NCBI GenBank assembly: GCA_963665525.1
Contig: OY762280.1
Coordinates: 3,597,410-3,661,409 of the forward strand
Direction of reading: 5' to 3'
Origin: Bacteroidales bacterium
GTDB taxonomy: Bacteria; Bacteroidota; Bacteroidia; Bacteroidales; UBA12077
Length of the DNA stretch: 64,000 nt
Part shown: positions 27,423-37,551 of the stretch, piece by piece
How positions within the stretch are numbered: position 1 is the stretch's first letter
Layout of the letters: every line of letters begins with the position of its first letter
The notes under the pieces: model-generated
Told to the model about the DNA's origin: nothing
Database searches by the model: none
What the model saw: only the letters and a program-made list of their open reading frames with translations
Made by a program: the position numbers and the translations under genes

Positions 27423-27450
27423 AAAGCAGTATGTTTAAACATACTGCTTT
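27423..27450 (+). terminator. Rho-independent terminator ending the 14.7-27.4 kb co-directional block
   Basis: Stem of about 12 bp, aaagcagtatgt/acatactgcttt, followed by GTTTTT, 25 nt after the stop of paralogue D. Confidence 0.8.
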
Positions 27451-27553
27451 GTTTTTATGTGCTAATTCATCTCCCATTGAAACGAAATTAAAAACTAAGG
27501 ATTAACATTCTCATAAAAAGAAATGAATTATAATCCTGCTAAATGCACAAAAA

Positions 27554-27575
27554 AAGGTGACCCGAAGATCACCTT
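27554..27575 (-). terminator. Rho-independent terminator of the TPR gene
   Basis: The minus-strand RNA is AAGGUGAUC-UUCG-GGUCACCUU (9 bp including one G-U pair, UUCG tetraloop) followed by a U-run. It lies 23 nt after the stop codon. Confidence 0.75.
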
Positions 27576-27597
27576 TTTCTTTTATCTTAAATATCTT

Positions 27598-28575
27598 TTA
27601 TTGACACTTAACAACATGTTCCATTTGATATTTTGCAGCTTCGGTATAATCACCTTTGTTTGCTTTTCCGTAAGCTTCACAAGCAGCAGCGTTATCTCCT
27701 TTTCCATAGTATGAATTACCCATTTCGAAATGAACTTTAGCATCTTTTGTATCCGTTTCACCAATGATTTCAAGAGCTTTGTTTCCTGCTTCGATTGCAG
27801 CATCCCATTTTGATTGCTTATTATAAATAACTGCTAATTGATAATAAATATCTTCGTCAGCATCTTTATAGTTCATTAAAGTATTGAAATATTTTTCAGC
27901 ATCAGTCCAGTTTTCACCTTTTACTGCATCAGCTCCAGCTACTAAATAAAAATTGCCAGCCAATTGTTTTGCAGTACCTTCCGATTTAGTATCATTCTTT
28001 GCAGCAGCAGCACTAAGGGCTCCATCGATAGCTTCTTTAAAGTTAGCTTCATCATTTTGATCTTTGTATACCTGTGCTTTTCTTACATATGACATAGGAT
28101 ATTTTGGATCCATTTCGATAGATTTATTTAATGCAACGATAGCATTATCATAATCTTTTGCACTGTATAAAGAAGCTCCTTTTGCATAATATAATCTTGG
28201 AATTGTTCTTTCTGCTTTGCTTTTCATTTTAGCATCATTATACGTTTCTGAATATTCAGCTAAAGTTCCAAAAGCAGCAATACACTCATCGTATTTCTTC
28301 TCTTTATAAAGACCCATAGCATATTTATATTGCATATTTGGAATTTGCGATACAGCTGTAGCTCTGTTTTCATTTTCAGTCTCTCCTAATTCATCATAAA
28401 TGCTAATACACTGTTTAAATGATTCTATAGCACCTAAATAATCTTTTGCTTGTGACTTAGCCACACCATCTTTTAATGCATCCACTGCTTCTGATGCCGT
28501 TTGTGCATTTACATTAACTGCAAAACCCAGTAATAATATCATTGCAGCTACTCTACTCATAATTTTGAATTTCAT
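27598..28575 (-). CDS. Secreted tetratricopeptide (TPR) repeat protein
   Basis: Signal peptide MKFKIMSRVAAMILLLGFAVNVNAQ (start moved to the ATG at 28575). Repeated 34-aa TPR-like units (YDNAIVALNKSIEMDPKY, WDAAIEAGNKALEI and others). Confidence 0.75.
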   Translation of the reverse strand: MKFKIMSRVAAMILLLGFAVNVNAQTASEAVDALKDGVAKSQAKDYLGAIESFKQCISIYDELGETENENRATAVSQIPNMQYKYAMGLYKEKKYDECIAAFGTLAEYSETYNDAKMKSKAERTIPRLYYAKGASLYSAKDYDNAIVALNKSIEMDPKYPMSYVRKAQVYKDQNDEANFKEAIDGALSAAAAKNDTKSEGTAKQLAGNFYLVAGADAVKGENWTDAEKYFNTLMNYKDADEDIYYQLAVIYNKQSKWDAAIEAGNKALEIIGETDTKDAKVHFEMGNSYYGKGDNAAACEAYGKANKGDYTEAAKYQMEHVVKCQ

Positions 28576-28729
28576 GGTAATAATTTTTTTAGTTATAGGA
28601 TTATGTTTCATTCTTTTCGGCTCTAAAAATATAAAAACGCTCTTAATAATAAAATTATTTTAAAATTAATTTGTTACATATATCAATTAATAACAATATG
28701 TTACATCGTTTTTAGGTATAGAAAATGAT

Positions 28730-29368
28730 CTAGTGCTCATTTACCAAGGAGTAAGCTATCTGATTATCAGTAAAATCAATTTTCACTAAGCCCAATACAA
28801 TCATGTTTATCAATACCTTTTCTGTTTTATATTTATTTAAGTTAGCTATATTTTTAAATTTTGAAAAAGTAATACTATTGTTATCCTGTAAATAATTTAA
28901 AAGTATTTTCTCTGGTTCATCATACCTGATTAGTATTCCTTTTCCAAACTTTTTCTTATTCCATGCTTTTAAATATATATTATTTACGATGATATTCTCA
29001 TCGTTTACCCTAATATAAACTTTTTGTTTTCCATTCTTATCAGGCGCTGTAATCAACTTTTCAGTATTCATTTTATCGATTGAAATCTCTAAAACCGTTT
29101 TTCCTCCAATATTCCATGCTTTTGTTTCAAAATAAACAGTTGGTTTACAATAAAGATCAGAAGCTGCTTGAACCATATAAAATTCCTCATCGCCTTGCAC
29201 TCCAGCAATAGATCCATTATCTCTAACTCCAATAAGAAGTTTGCCACCATCTGTATTTGCAAATGCTGCTAACGAGCGTGCAATCTTTTTTGAATCAGTA
29301 ATCGAATGCTTAAAATCTAACTGCTGATGCTCTCCCTGCTCAATTAAATCAAATATATACTTACTCAT
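28730..29368 (-). CDS. AlbA_2 (Schlafen-like) putative DNA-binding domain protein with a C-terminal wHTH-like region
   Basis: EGEHQQLDFKHSI...KKIARSLAAFANTDGGKLLIGVRDNGSIAGV is the characteristic AlbA_2 N-terminal block. Confidence 0.65.
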   Translation of the reverse strand: MSKYIFDLIEQGEHQQLDFKHSITDSKKIARSLAAFANTDGGKLLIGVRDNGSIAGVQGDEEFYMVQAASDLYCKPTVYFETKAWNIGGKTVLEISIDKMNTEKLITAPDKNGKQKVYIRVNDENIIVNNIYLKAWNKKKFGKGILIRYDEPEKILLNYLQDNNSITFSKFKNIANLNKYKTEKVLINMIVLGLVKIDFTDNQIAYSLVNEH

Positions 29369-29414
29369 AAGCCCTGTTTAATTCGGTTACGAAGATAAAA
29401 AAGTATATAAAACA

Positions 29415-29446
29415 AAACCTAACAGAATTTGAATTCTATTAGGTTT
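29415..29446 (-). terminator. Rho-independent terminator of the F-type atp operon
   Basis: 13-bp stem with one mismatch (aaacctaatagaat/attctgttaggttt on the minus strand), followed by TTGTTTT, downstream of the atpG stop. Confidence 0.65.
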
Positions 29447-29467
29447 AGCTTATATCATATTATTTCA

Positions 29468-30346
29468 TTACTTATTCAATGCCTCAGCACCACTAACAAT
29501 CTCTAAAATTTCATTGGTAATTGCAGCCTGGCGAGCTTTGTTATAGTTCAGTTGCAGCTCACGTATTAAATCGGCAGCGTTATCAGTTGCTTTATGCATA
29601 GCTGTCATACGAGCACCATGCTCAGCAGCTACAGACTCAAGAATAGCTTCATAAAATTGTATCTTTAGTGATCTTGGAATCAGTTCTTTTACAATGTATT
29701 CTTTCGTTGGTTCAAAGATAAAATCTGCATTTTCATTCATTTCAATATCATGAGGTAATTCAATAGGTAAATATTGTTCTGTCGATAAAATTTGAACAGC
29801 AGCATTTTTAAAACGATTATAGACTAAAACCACCTTATCATAATCTCCTACAATATAGCTCTCCATAATATCTTCAATCATAGGAGCAGCATTTGAAAAA
29901 CTCAGGTTCTCAAGAATCTCATTATTTACAAATAAATTTTTATAGCCTTTTGATTTATAAAATTCACTGCCTTTTTTCCCAATTGAAAATAAGGAAACAT
30001 TTCCTTCTTTATGTTCTCCGGCGTATTTCTCTTCAATTAAACTTATAACTTGCTTCGTAACATTGGCATTAAAAGCACCACAAAGACCTTTATTTGAAGT
30101 TATTGAAACAATCAGGATTTTTTCTGGAATCTCTTTTCGTGAATAGATATTTTCTTCTTCACCTTCGATACTTTTATTAATATTAAACAGAATTTGATGC
30201 AATTTCCCGGCATAAGGTCTAAGATTTATCACCGCATCCTGAGCTTTTTTTAGCTTCGCTGCAGAAACCATCTTCATTGCACTCGTAATCTGTTTTGTTG
30301 ATTTTACAGATGTTATTCGAGTACGTATTTCCTTTAAATTAGCCAT
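29468..30346 (-). CDS. atpG: F1 ATP synthase subunit gamma
   Basis: MANLKEIRTRITSVKSTKQITSAMKMVSAAKL ... ITNEILEIVSGAEAL are the canonical gamma termini. Confidence 0.95.
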   Translation of the reverse strand: MANLKEIRTRITSVKSTKQITSAMKMVSAAKLKKAQDAVINLRPYAGKLHQILFNINKSIEGEEENIYSRKEIPEKILIVSITSNKGLCGAFNANVTKQVISLIEEKYAGEHKEGNVSLFSIGKKGSEFYKSKGYKNLFVNNEILENLSFSNAAPMIEDIMESYIVGDYDKVVLVYNRFKNAAVQILSTEQYLPIELPHDIEMNENADFIFEPTKEYIVKELIPRSLKIQFYEAILESVAAEHGARMTAMHKATDNAADLIRELQLNYNKARQAAITNEILEIVSGAEALNK

Positions 30347-30349
30347 GTA

Positions 30350-31933
30350 TTACTCAGCTTTATATTTTAATGCTACCTCTTCGGCTACTTTTTTAATCGT
30401 TTTTTCAATATCCTCTGTAATCTTACCAGATTTTAAAATATCCATCGCATTTTTATGTTGCATTTCCATCATGTCTAAAAAGTCGCTCTCAAATTCTTTC
30501 ACCTTTTCAACCGGTATATCACTTAATAAACCATGTGTTCCACAATAAATAATTGCAATCTGTTTTTCTACAGCTACTGGTGAATATTGTCCTTGTTTTA
30601 GTATTTCTACATTCTTTGCTCCTTTATCAAGTACAGCTAAGGTAGCTGCATCCAGATCGGATCCAAATTTTGCGAAAGCCTCCAACTCACGATACTGTGC
30701 TTGATCTAATTTTAATGTACCAGCCACTTTTTTCATGGATTTTATTTGCGCATTACCACCAACCCTTGATACTGATATACCAACATTAATAGCAGGCTTA
30801 ACACCAGAATTAAATAAATCAGATTCTAAAAATATTTGTCCATCTGTTATAGAAATAACATTGGTTGGTATATAGGCAGAAACATCACCCGCCTGTGTTT
30901 CAATAATAGGAAGTGCTGTAAGCGAACCTCCTCCTTTAACTTTACCCTTTAAAGCTTCAGGAAGATCATTCATTTGTGCTGCAATCTCATCTGATTGAAT
31001 AATTTTAGCTGCTCGCTCTAAAAGTCTAGAGTGTAAATAAAATACATCTCCAGGATAAGCCTCACGTCCCGGTGGGCGACGTAATAATAAAGAAACCTCA
31101 CGATAAGCAACGGCTTGTTTCGAAAGATCATCGTAAATAATTAATGCTGCACGTCCAGTATCTCTAAAATACTCTCCAATACATGCACCTGCAAATGGTG
31201 CGAAAAACTGCAATGCAGCCGGATCAGAAGCTGTAGCACAAACAATAGTAGTATATTCCATTGCACCATGCTTTTCTAATGTGTCAGCAATATTAGCAAC
31301 TGTTGATCCCTTTTGACCAATTGCCACGTAGATGCAATATACTGGTTCACCTCTATCGTAAAATTCCCTTTGATTAATGATGGTATCAATTGCAATGGCT
31401 GTTTTTCCTGTTTGTCTGTCTCCAATAATTAATTCACGCTGACCTCTTCCTATAGGAATCATTGCATCAATTGGTTTAATCCCTGTTTGTATTGGTTCAT
31501 TTACTGGCTGACGATAAATTACACCCGGAGCCTTTCTTTCTATTGGCATCTCAATAAGCTCTCCACTTAATGGTCCTTTGCCATCAATTGGTTTACCAAT
31601 GGTATTGATAACCCTTCCTAAAACACCTTCACCAACATTGATTGAGGCAATCTTTTTTGTTCTTTTTACCTTATCTCCTTCTTTAATTTCTTCTGAGGAA
31701 CCTAGCAATACAGCTCCAACGTTATCCTCTTCCAGATTTAATACAATCCCTTTTTGACCATTTTCAAACTCAATCAACTCATTGGATTGTACATTGCTCA
31801 AACCATAGATTCTTGCAATTCCATCTCCAACTTGTAATACACTACCTACCTCTTCGAGTTCAGAATTTGTAGTAAAGCCTTCCAATTCCTTTTTTAATAT
31901 TTCAGAGACTTCTCCAGGTTTAATTCCAGCCAT
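30350..31933 (-). CDS. atpA: F1 ATP synthase subunit alpha
   Basis: Walker A GDRQTGKT. Alpha signatures [43 protein letters not shown]. Confidence 0.97.
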   Translation of the reverse strand: MAGIKPGEVSEILKKELEGFTTNSELEEVGSVLQVGDGIARIYGLSNVQSNELIEFENGQKGIVLNLEEDNVGAVLLGSSEEIKEGDKVKRTKKIASINVGEGVLGRVINTIGKPIDGKGPLSGELIEMPIERKAPGVIYRQPVNEPIQTGIKPIDAMIPIGRGQRELIIGDRQTGKTAIAIDTIINQREFYDRGEPVYCIYVAIGQKGSTVANIADTLEKHGAMEYTTIVCATASDPAALQFFAPFAGACIGEYFRDTGRAALIIYDDLSKQAVAYREVSLLLRRPPGREAYPGDVFYLHSRLLERAAKIIQSDEIAAQMNDLPEALKGKVKGGGSLTALPIIETQAGDVSAYIPTNVISITDGQIFLESDLFNSGVKPAINVGISVSRVGGNAQIKSMKKVAGTLKLDQAQYRELEAFAKFGSDLDAATLAVLDKGAKNVEILKQGQYSPVAVEKQIAIIYCGTHGLLSDIPVEKVKEFESDFLDMMEMQHKNAMDILKSGKITEDIEKTIKKVAEEVALKYKAE

Positions 31934-31951
31934 AGTATATAATTTAATGTT

Positions 31952-32515
31952 TTATTTTTTTCGTTTATTGTTAAAATCAATATTCATAAATTGATTTCTT
32001 AAATCTTGAATCTGACCTGCAACACTTAAATCTAATTGTTTATCATCCACTTGTATAATTACTCCTCCAATTACAGATTCATCAACTTTTGTTTTAAGTT
32101 CAACCGAAGCATTAAATGCATTCTCAATTGATTTCTGAATGTTTGTTTTATGAGTTCTTGTTAATTCAAATGCAGTTGTTAAAACAGCTGTTTTAATGCC
32201 TTTGCTTTTCTTATATAAATCGATGAAATTTTTACAAATGTTTTTAAGGTGATTTTCGCGCTTATTTTTAATGATCAATTTAATAAACGATAATGTGTGT
32301 TCATTTACTTTATCTCCTAATAATTCGCTTAAAACCTTGGTTTTTTTCGATTCTTTTACAACAGGATGTTCAAGCACAATATTAATTTCATCGTTCTCTT
32401 TAAGTAATTGAAGAACTAACTCAATATCTTTTCTTATATTATCAGTAATACCTTTCTCTTCGGCTAAAAGAAAAAGTGATTTTGCGTAACGGCTATTTAT
32501 CTGACTATGATACAT
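31952..32515 (-). CDS. atpH: F1 ATP synthase subunit delta (OSCP)
   Basis: Position between atpF and atpA. RYAKSLFLLAEEKG N-terminus and IGGVIIQVDDKQLDLSVAGQ C-terminal block. Confidence 0.85.
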   Translation of the reverse strand: MYHSQINSRYAKSLFLLAEEKGITDNIRKDIELVLQLLKENDEINIVLEHPVVKESKKTKVLSELLGDKVNEHTLSFIKLIIKNKRENHLKNICKNFIDLYKKSKGIKTAVLTTAFELTRTHKTNIQKSIENAFNASVELKTKVDESVIGGVIIQVDDKQLDLSVAGQIQDLRNQFMNIDFNNKRKK

Positions 32516-32527
32516 TAATTTTTCCCT

Positions 32528-33022
32528 TTAATTTAAATCAATGTCATTTACCAAATCGTCGATGAGTTTTTTCTGCTTACTCTCATCTCCAAGATTTTGC
32601 TTCATAATTTTTTCGGCAATATCGACCGATAATCCAGCAATTTGATTTTTAATTTCATTAATTACCTTATTTTTCTCATTTTCTACACTTTGCTTAGCCT
32701 CTTCGATGATCTTTTTGGCTTCTTGTTTAGCAGTTTGTCTGGCCTCTTCAATAATATTATTTTTTATTTCCTTAGCTTCTTTGAGCATACTCTCTCTTTC
32801 AATTTTGGCTAATTGTGTAATTTTTTCATTACCAAACTCAATTTTAGCCATTTCTTCCTTTGCTCTCTGAGCTGCTTCAAGGCTTTTACCGATTGATCTT
32901 TCACGCTGCTTTAAAGCTGCTAATATTGGTCTCCACGCAAACTTAGCAAGCACATAAAGTACAACACTAAAAGATAATAGCATCCAAATTAAAAGTCCCA
33001 GATCTGGTTTTATCAGTTCCAT
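32528..33022 (-). CDS. atpF: F0 ATP synthase subunit b
   Basis: Single N-terminal TM followed by a long charged helix. Position between atpE and atpH. Confidence 0.85.
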   Translation of the reverse strand: MELIKPDLGLLIWMLLSFSVVLYVLAKFAWRPILAALKQRERSIGKSLEAAQRAKEEMAKIEFGNEKITQLAKIERESMLKEAKEIKNNIIEEARQTAKQEAKKIIEEAKQSVENEKNKVINEIKNQIAGLSVDIAEKIMKQNLGDESKQKKLIDDLVNDIDLN

Positions 33023-33087
33023 AATTAGAATTTTTAAATTTAAAAAGCTTTACAGGCAGCCAACCGCTGCTCTGTAAAGCAAAATCC

Positions 33088-33345
33088 TTAAACAAATAAA
33101 ATAAGGAAACAAACAACAATAGCAAAGAATGCAACCCCTTCAATAAGTGCAGCAGCAACGATCATATTAGATCTAATATCTCCAGCTGCTTCAGGTTGAC
33201 GAGCGATAGACTCCATTGCACTACTACCGATTTTCCCAATACCTAATCCTGCAGCAATAGCAGCAATAGCAGCACCAAAACCAGCAGCAGCTTTAGCTAT
33301 AGCGGCTCCTTCAATTGCTAATAAAATTGTACCTAGTGTTAACAT
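33088..33345 (-). CDS. atpE: F0 ATP synthase subunit c
   Basis: 85-aa two-helix proteolipid with the loop ARQPE and the carboxylate in AAALIEGVAFFAIV. Confidence 0.9.
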   Translation of the reverse strand: MLTLGTILLAIEGAAIAKAAAGFGAAIAAIAAGLGIGKIGSSAMESIARQPEAAGDIRSNMIVAAALIEGVAFFAIVVCFLILFV

Positions 33346-33372
33346 AATGTAAACTTTTAAGTGAATAAAACA

Positions 33373-34485
33373 TTAATGTCCTTCATCAGAAGCCATTCCA
33401 AAATAAATGGCCGACAATATGGTAAATACATATGCCTGAATAAAAGCTACTAATAGCTCTAAAAATGACATAAAAATAGTAAACGCTATTGAAACTGGTG
33501 AAACTGCATATCCTAAGGCAGGTCCCATGTTTCCAAAAATAAAAATTAAACTAAAAAAGCCTAAAACAATAATATGACCAGCGGAAATATTTGCAAATAA
33601 TCGGATCATTAATACAAAAGGCTTAATAATAACACCTATTAATTCTATAAATGGAATTAATGGCAGTGGTAATTTCAACCACCAAGGTACTCCAGGTGGA
33701 TTAAAAATATGTTTCCAATAATTTTTATTCCCTGTTATTGTTGTTGTAATAAACGTAGAAAGTGCCAATGCCATTGTTACCGTAATGTTTCCAGTTACAT
33801 TAGCTCCTCCTGGAAAAATAGGAACCAGTCCTAATAAGTTATTTAATAAAATAAAGAAAAATATACTTAGTAAATAGGGTGTGTATTTTTCATATTTATG
33901 TTCACCAATGCTGTTCTTTGCAATATCATCTCTAACAAAAAGAATAAGAGGCTCAAGTAAAGACTGGATCCCTTTGGGTGGTAATCCTTCTCTTCTTGCA
34001 TAAGTTTTGGCAACAGAAATAAAAAGGAATATCATAAATACTCCGCTCAATAATATAGCAGCTACATTTTTGGTTACAGAAATATCTAATGGTCTTTCAA
34101 TAAATTCACCATGGTTATTTACTTCAATAACTTTACCTTCATAATCACCTTCATCAGCAATTTTAAAATTTCTATAAGTATGTCCATGTTCTAAGTTAAA
34201 CGACCAAAAAGAAACTAATCCCTGATTATTACTATATAAAATCACTGGAAGAGGAATAGATACATGATGTCCTTTATAAGAAAATATGTGCCAGTTATAA
34301 TTATCGCGGATATGTTCAAAAATAAATGTTCCCGGATTAAATTTTTTTTCTTCTGAATGACCATTATCATGCTCTTCTGTATGCTGCTGATTTTCTATTT
34401 CAATATTATCATTTGCAATAATTTGATTGCTATATCCCAAGCATAATAATAAAACGATTGAAATATTTAAAAAGAATTTGTGCAT
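33373..34485 (-). CDS. atpB: F0 ATP synthase subunit a (with a long N-terminal extension)
   Basis: C-terminal core RLFANISAGHI (essential Arg) and LELLVAFIQAYVFTILSAIY. The start is set at the ATG at 34485 (MHKFFLNISIVLLL) because a -7 box overlaps the track's start at 34509. Confidence 0.9.
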   Translation of the reverse strand: MHKFFLNISIVLLLCLGYSNQIIANDNIEIENQQHTEEHDNGHSEEKKFNPGTFIFEHIRDNYNWHIFSYKGHHVSIPLPVILYSNNQGLVSFWSFNLEHGHTYRNFKIADEGDYEGKVIEVNNHGEFIERPLDISVTKNVAAILLSGVFMIFLFISVAKTYARREGLPPKGIQSLLEPLILFVRDDIAKNSIGEHKYEKYTPYLLSIFFFILLNNLLGLVPIFPGGANVTGNITVTMALALSTFITTTITGNKNYWKHIFNPPGVPWWLKLPLPLIPFIELIGVIIKPFVLMIRLFANISAGHIIVLGFFSLIFIFGNMGPALGYAVSPVSIAFTIFMSFLELLVAFIQAYVFTILSAIYFGMASDEGH

Positions 34486-34506
34486 ACTAAAATCTTTGAA
34501 TACATA

Positions 34507-34514
34507 CAAATTTA
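34507..34514 (-). promoter_or_regulatory. Candidate -7 box for atpB (TAAATTTG on the minus strand)
   Basis: The plus strand reads CAAATTTA. The box is 22 nt upstream of the ATG at 34485 and just downstream of the V-type operon terminator. Confidence 0.4.
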
Positions 34515-34555
34515 ATGAATAATTGACAAAATTGCTTGTCTATTAAATAAAAAAA

Positions 34556-34581
34556 GACAGTGCAATCTGATTTGCACTGTC
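34556..34581 (-). terminator. Rho-independent terminator of the V-type ATPase operon
   Basis: Perfect 10-bp stem gacagtgcaa/ttgcactgtc with a 6-nt loop, followed on the minus strand by a 7-T run. It lies 35 nt after the subunit K stop. Confidence 0.8.
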
Positions 34582-34615
34582 CTTATTACGTAATATAAAT
34601 TTTATTGTTTCTTAA

Positions 34616-35092
<477 letters not shown>

Positions 35093-35115
35093 CTATTAAT
35101 TATTTTTATTCTTTT

Positions 35116-36891
35116 TTATTTTGAAAATGGTTTATATTTCTTACCGCCTCCAACGAAGCCGGCATTTTTATAAAATTCTACAAATGTTAAACGTAATGGA
35201 TGCACAAATGCACTTAAAACTGCTAAGAAGATATTTAATCCATGTCCTATCAGTAATACAATGATAAATGGAATATAGCTAACAAAACTATCTCCGATAA
35301 ACTGAGCTGCAATTTTATTAAATACCAAACCTAAAATAGCACTGGAAATACCAATTGCAAATAGTCTAATGTATGATAATAAATCGCCAAAAACTCCTGT
35401 TACCATGTTGTAAGCATCGTATAATCCCGATCCCATACTAGCAAATATATTGATGTCAGGATTACTAAATACTAATATTAATACTCCACTTAAGATCATT
35501 AAAATATTAATTACAATACCTGGTAGCGCTATATTCACCATTGGTAAAACAATAGCCAAAGCTCCACTTGTAATTAATAAAATCCATCCTATAGTGGATA
35601 ATCCATATTTTAATCCTCCTTGCCTGATTTGATTAGCAGCTTTAATAAACATACCGTAATAAATTTGTGCGCCACCAATACCTATCGATAACCAGAATAA
35701 TTTTAATGGATCAAGAATAATCTGTTTTAAAGGATAAGCTTCGATATTAATTAACTCTATTCCAAAGAAAGTTCCTGAGATCATTCCCATAATTACAGTA
35801 GCTATACCTAAAAATGAAGCTAAGCTTAGAATAGGTTTTAGTTTTTTATCTACTTTTCCTCTTAACAACAACGTTGCAATCAAAAGTAATAATCCATACC
35901 CTGAATCGCCCACACAAAAACCGAAAAATAACATGAAGAATGGAGCAAAGAATACAGTTAAATCTAATTCTTTATAATCAGGTAAATCATATAAATCACC
36001 TATTGGTTCAAACAATCTTGAGAATTTATTATTTTTTAGTTTAATTGGAACATTTTCCTGCGTATTTGGCTTTTCCGACAGATAATATACATTTTGTTCA
36101 TCAAGCATTTTTTTAAGATCTGTTTTCTTTTCTTCAGGAATCCATCCCTCTAAAAGCATAACCTTTTCCTCTGCTTGTTTTTCAGTGTGATTAATCGCTA
36201 AGTCGAAATCTGTTTTTTCTTGTAATTTTTGACGTGTTTCTTTAAGTACATCTTGATACTTAATAGCATATTCATCAAAAGCTTTTTCGATTTCTTCTAA
36301 ACGTTCTTTATTCTTCTGATCTTTTGCTAATAGCTCTGATAATCGATGTTCAGGTAATTTTATTTCCTCAGCATCAATATCTATAGGATTCGCACCGTGT
36401 TGAAGAGCCAAGATATATGAATATCCATCTATTGTGTTTATCACCTCAATAGGATATTTCTCTTTCCATTCCGGATTGAATTTTTTCTCGCTACAAACAA
36501 AATATCTTAAATAAATATGTTCTTTCGCAAATTTATCTTGCAACTCAAAATCGAAATCACCCCAAGGTTCAGCTTTTTGAATGTCTTTATTTAAAGAAAG
36601 CTGTTCCTGCTCAATAGAACTAATCTCCTCAGAAAGCATTTTGATTTGTTCAACCAATGCCAATCCATCCATTTCAGATTTTTCAGCAGCTTCTTCCTGA
36701 TTTCTTCTTTCTAAGAACTTTAAGGTTATATTTATTTCGCTGATTTGTTGCAACGACAATCTGATATGCTCATCTATTTCTTTCTTTTTCTGAATAATAT
36801 GAAGTACTCCCAATTCCTGAAGTTTCTCAAGAAAAGTGATATACTCCTTGTGATAGATTAAGAAAGAATATTTTATCATTGGAGTAATCAT
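35116..36891 (-). CDS. ntpI: V-type ATPase subunit I (a-subunit homologue)
   Basis: N-terminal cytoplasmic coiled-coil half and C-terminal polytopic half with SYIRLFAIGISSAILG (essential Arg). Operon position also fits. Confidence 0.88.
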   Translation of the reverse strand: MITPMIKYSFLIYHKEYITFLEKLQELGVLHIIQKKKEIDEHIRLSLQQISEINITLKFLERRNQEEAAEKSEMDGLALVEQIKMLSEEISSIEQEQLSLNKDIQKAEPWGDFDFELQDKFAKEHIYLRYFVCSEKKFNPEWKEKYPIEVINTIDGYSYILALQHGANPIDIDAEEIKLPEHRLSELLAKDQKNKERLEEIEKAFDEYAIKYQDVLKETRQKLQEKTDFDLAINHTEKQAEEKVMLLEGWIPEEKKTDLKKMLDEQNVYYLSEKPNTQENVPIKLKNNKFSRLFEPIGDLYDLPDYKELDLTVFFAPFFMLFFGFCVGDSGYGLLLLIATLLLRGKVDKKLKPILSLASFLGIATVIMGMISGTFFGIELINIEAYPLKQIILDPLKLFWLSIGIGGAQIYYGMFIKAANQIRQGGLKYGLSTIGWILLITSGALAIVLPMVNIALPGIVINILMILSGVLILVFSNPDINIFASMGSGLYDAYNMVTGVFGDLLSYIRLFAIGISSAILGLVFNKIAAQFIGDSFVSYIPFIIVLLIGHGLNIFLAVLSAFVHPLRLTFVEFYKNAGFVGGGKKYKPFSK

Positions 36892-37490
36892 TAGGCAGCC
36901 TCCTTATTTTCTTGACGTTTCTTAACGATCTTCTGTGATGATTTGGAAAGATTTTCCTCATCTTCAAGGAATCGTTTTACTTTAGAAATAGCTTCTTCGT
37001 AACCCGGAATTTGTACCTTTTCGTAAAGATTAACCTTTTGAGTAGTTTTCTTTCTTGCAAAATCTAAAAGTTCCATTTTACGTAAGAAAAACTCACTTTC
37101 AATAGATATTTTAACCAGCGACTCAACAATCTGAACACCACTTAAAAACCAACTTGGTTTATTGAAAAGGCTAAATTCCTTCATCTCAAAAATGACATCT
37201 TCTAAAATTGGGGTTTTTACACCAGCAATTTTCTTAACGATCATTTTCACATCTTTTACTGCAATCAGATCCTGATCAAACTCTCCCCAAAGTCGAACCA
37301 TCGCATCGTATTCTTTCATACGAGCATCCAACTTACGAAGCAATTCATCAGATTGATCTTTTGCACGCTTAACTTCCATGCGTAATGCGGCCTCCTTACT
37401 TTGCAGTGTTGGCAAAGCACGCAAGCGGACTTTAAGCTGCTTGTTTAATTGCTGTAATGATGTTTTATTATATTGAAATTTTATTGCCAT
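36891..37490 (-). CDS. ntpD: V-type ATPase subunit D
   Basis: 199-aa long-helix protein. NKTSLQQLNKQLKVRLRALPTLQSKEAALR is typical of the V/A-type D N-terminus. The start overlaps the end of subunit I by 1 nt. Confidence 0.85.
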   Translation of the reverse strand: MAIKFQYNKTSLQQLNKQLKVRLRALPTLQSKEAALRMEVKRAKDQSDELLRKLDARMKEYDAMVRLWGEFDQDLIAVKDVKMIVKKIAGVKTPILEDVIFEMKEFSLFNKPSWFLSGVQIVESLVKISIESEFFLRKMELLDFARKKTTQKVNLYEKVQIPGYEEAISKVKRFLEDEENLSKSSQKIVKKRQENKEAA

Positions 37491-37551
37491 AATTTTTTAG
37501 TTATTAGTTTTTAGTTCATAGTTAAACTATGGACTTAAAACTGTGGACTAA

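Noticed and set aside
27523-27803. Two small ORFs (27523-27714 on + and 27582-27803 on -) between the sensor array and the TPR gene.
   Set aside because: Both overlap the 3' end of the TPR CDS and the terminator hairpin at 27554-27575. The sequences are low complexity.
29468-34485. The F-type operon appears to lack the beta (atpD) and epsilon (atpC) subunits.
   Set aside because: As far as I recall, an unlinked atpDC pair is the normal arrangement in Bacteroidota, so this is not evidence of an incomplete ATP synthase. The long N-terminal extension of subunit a is, I believe, also common in the phylum.
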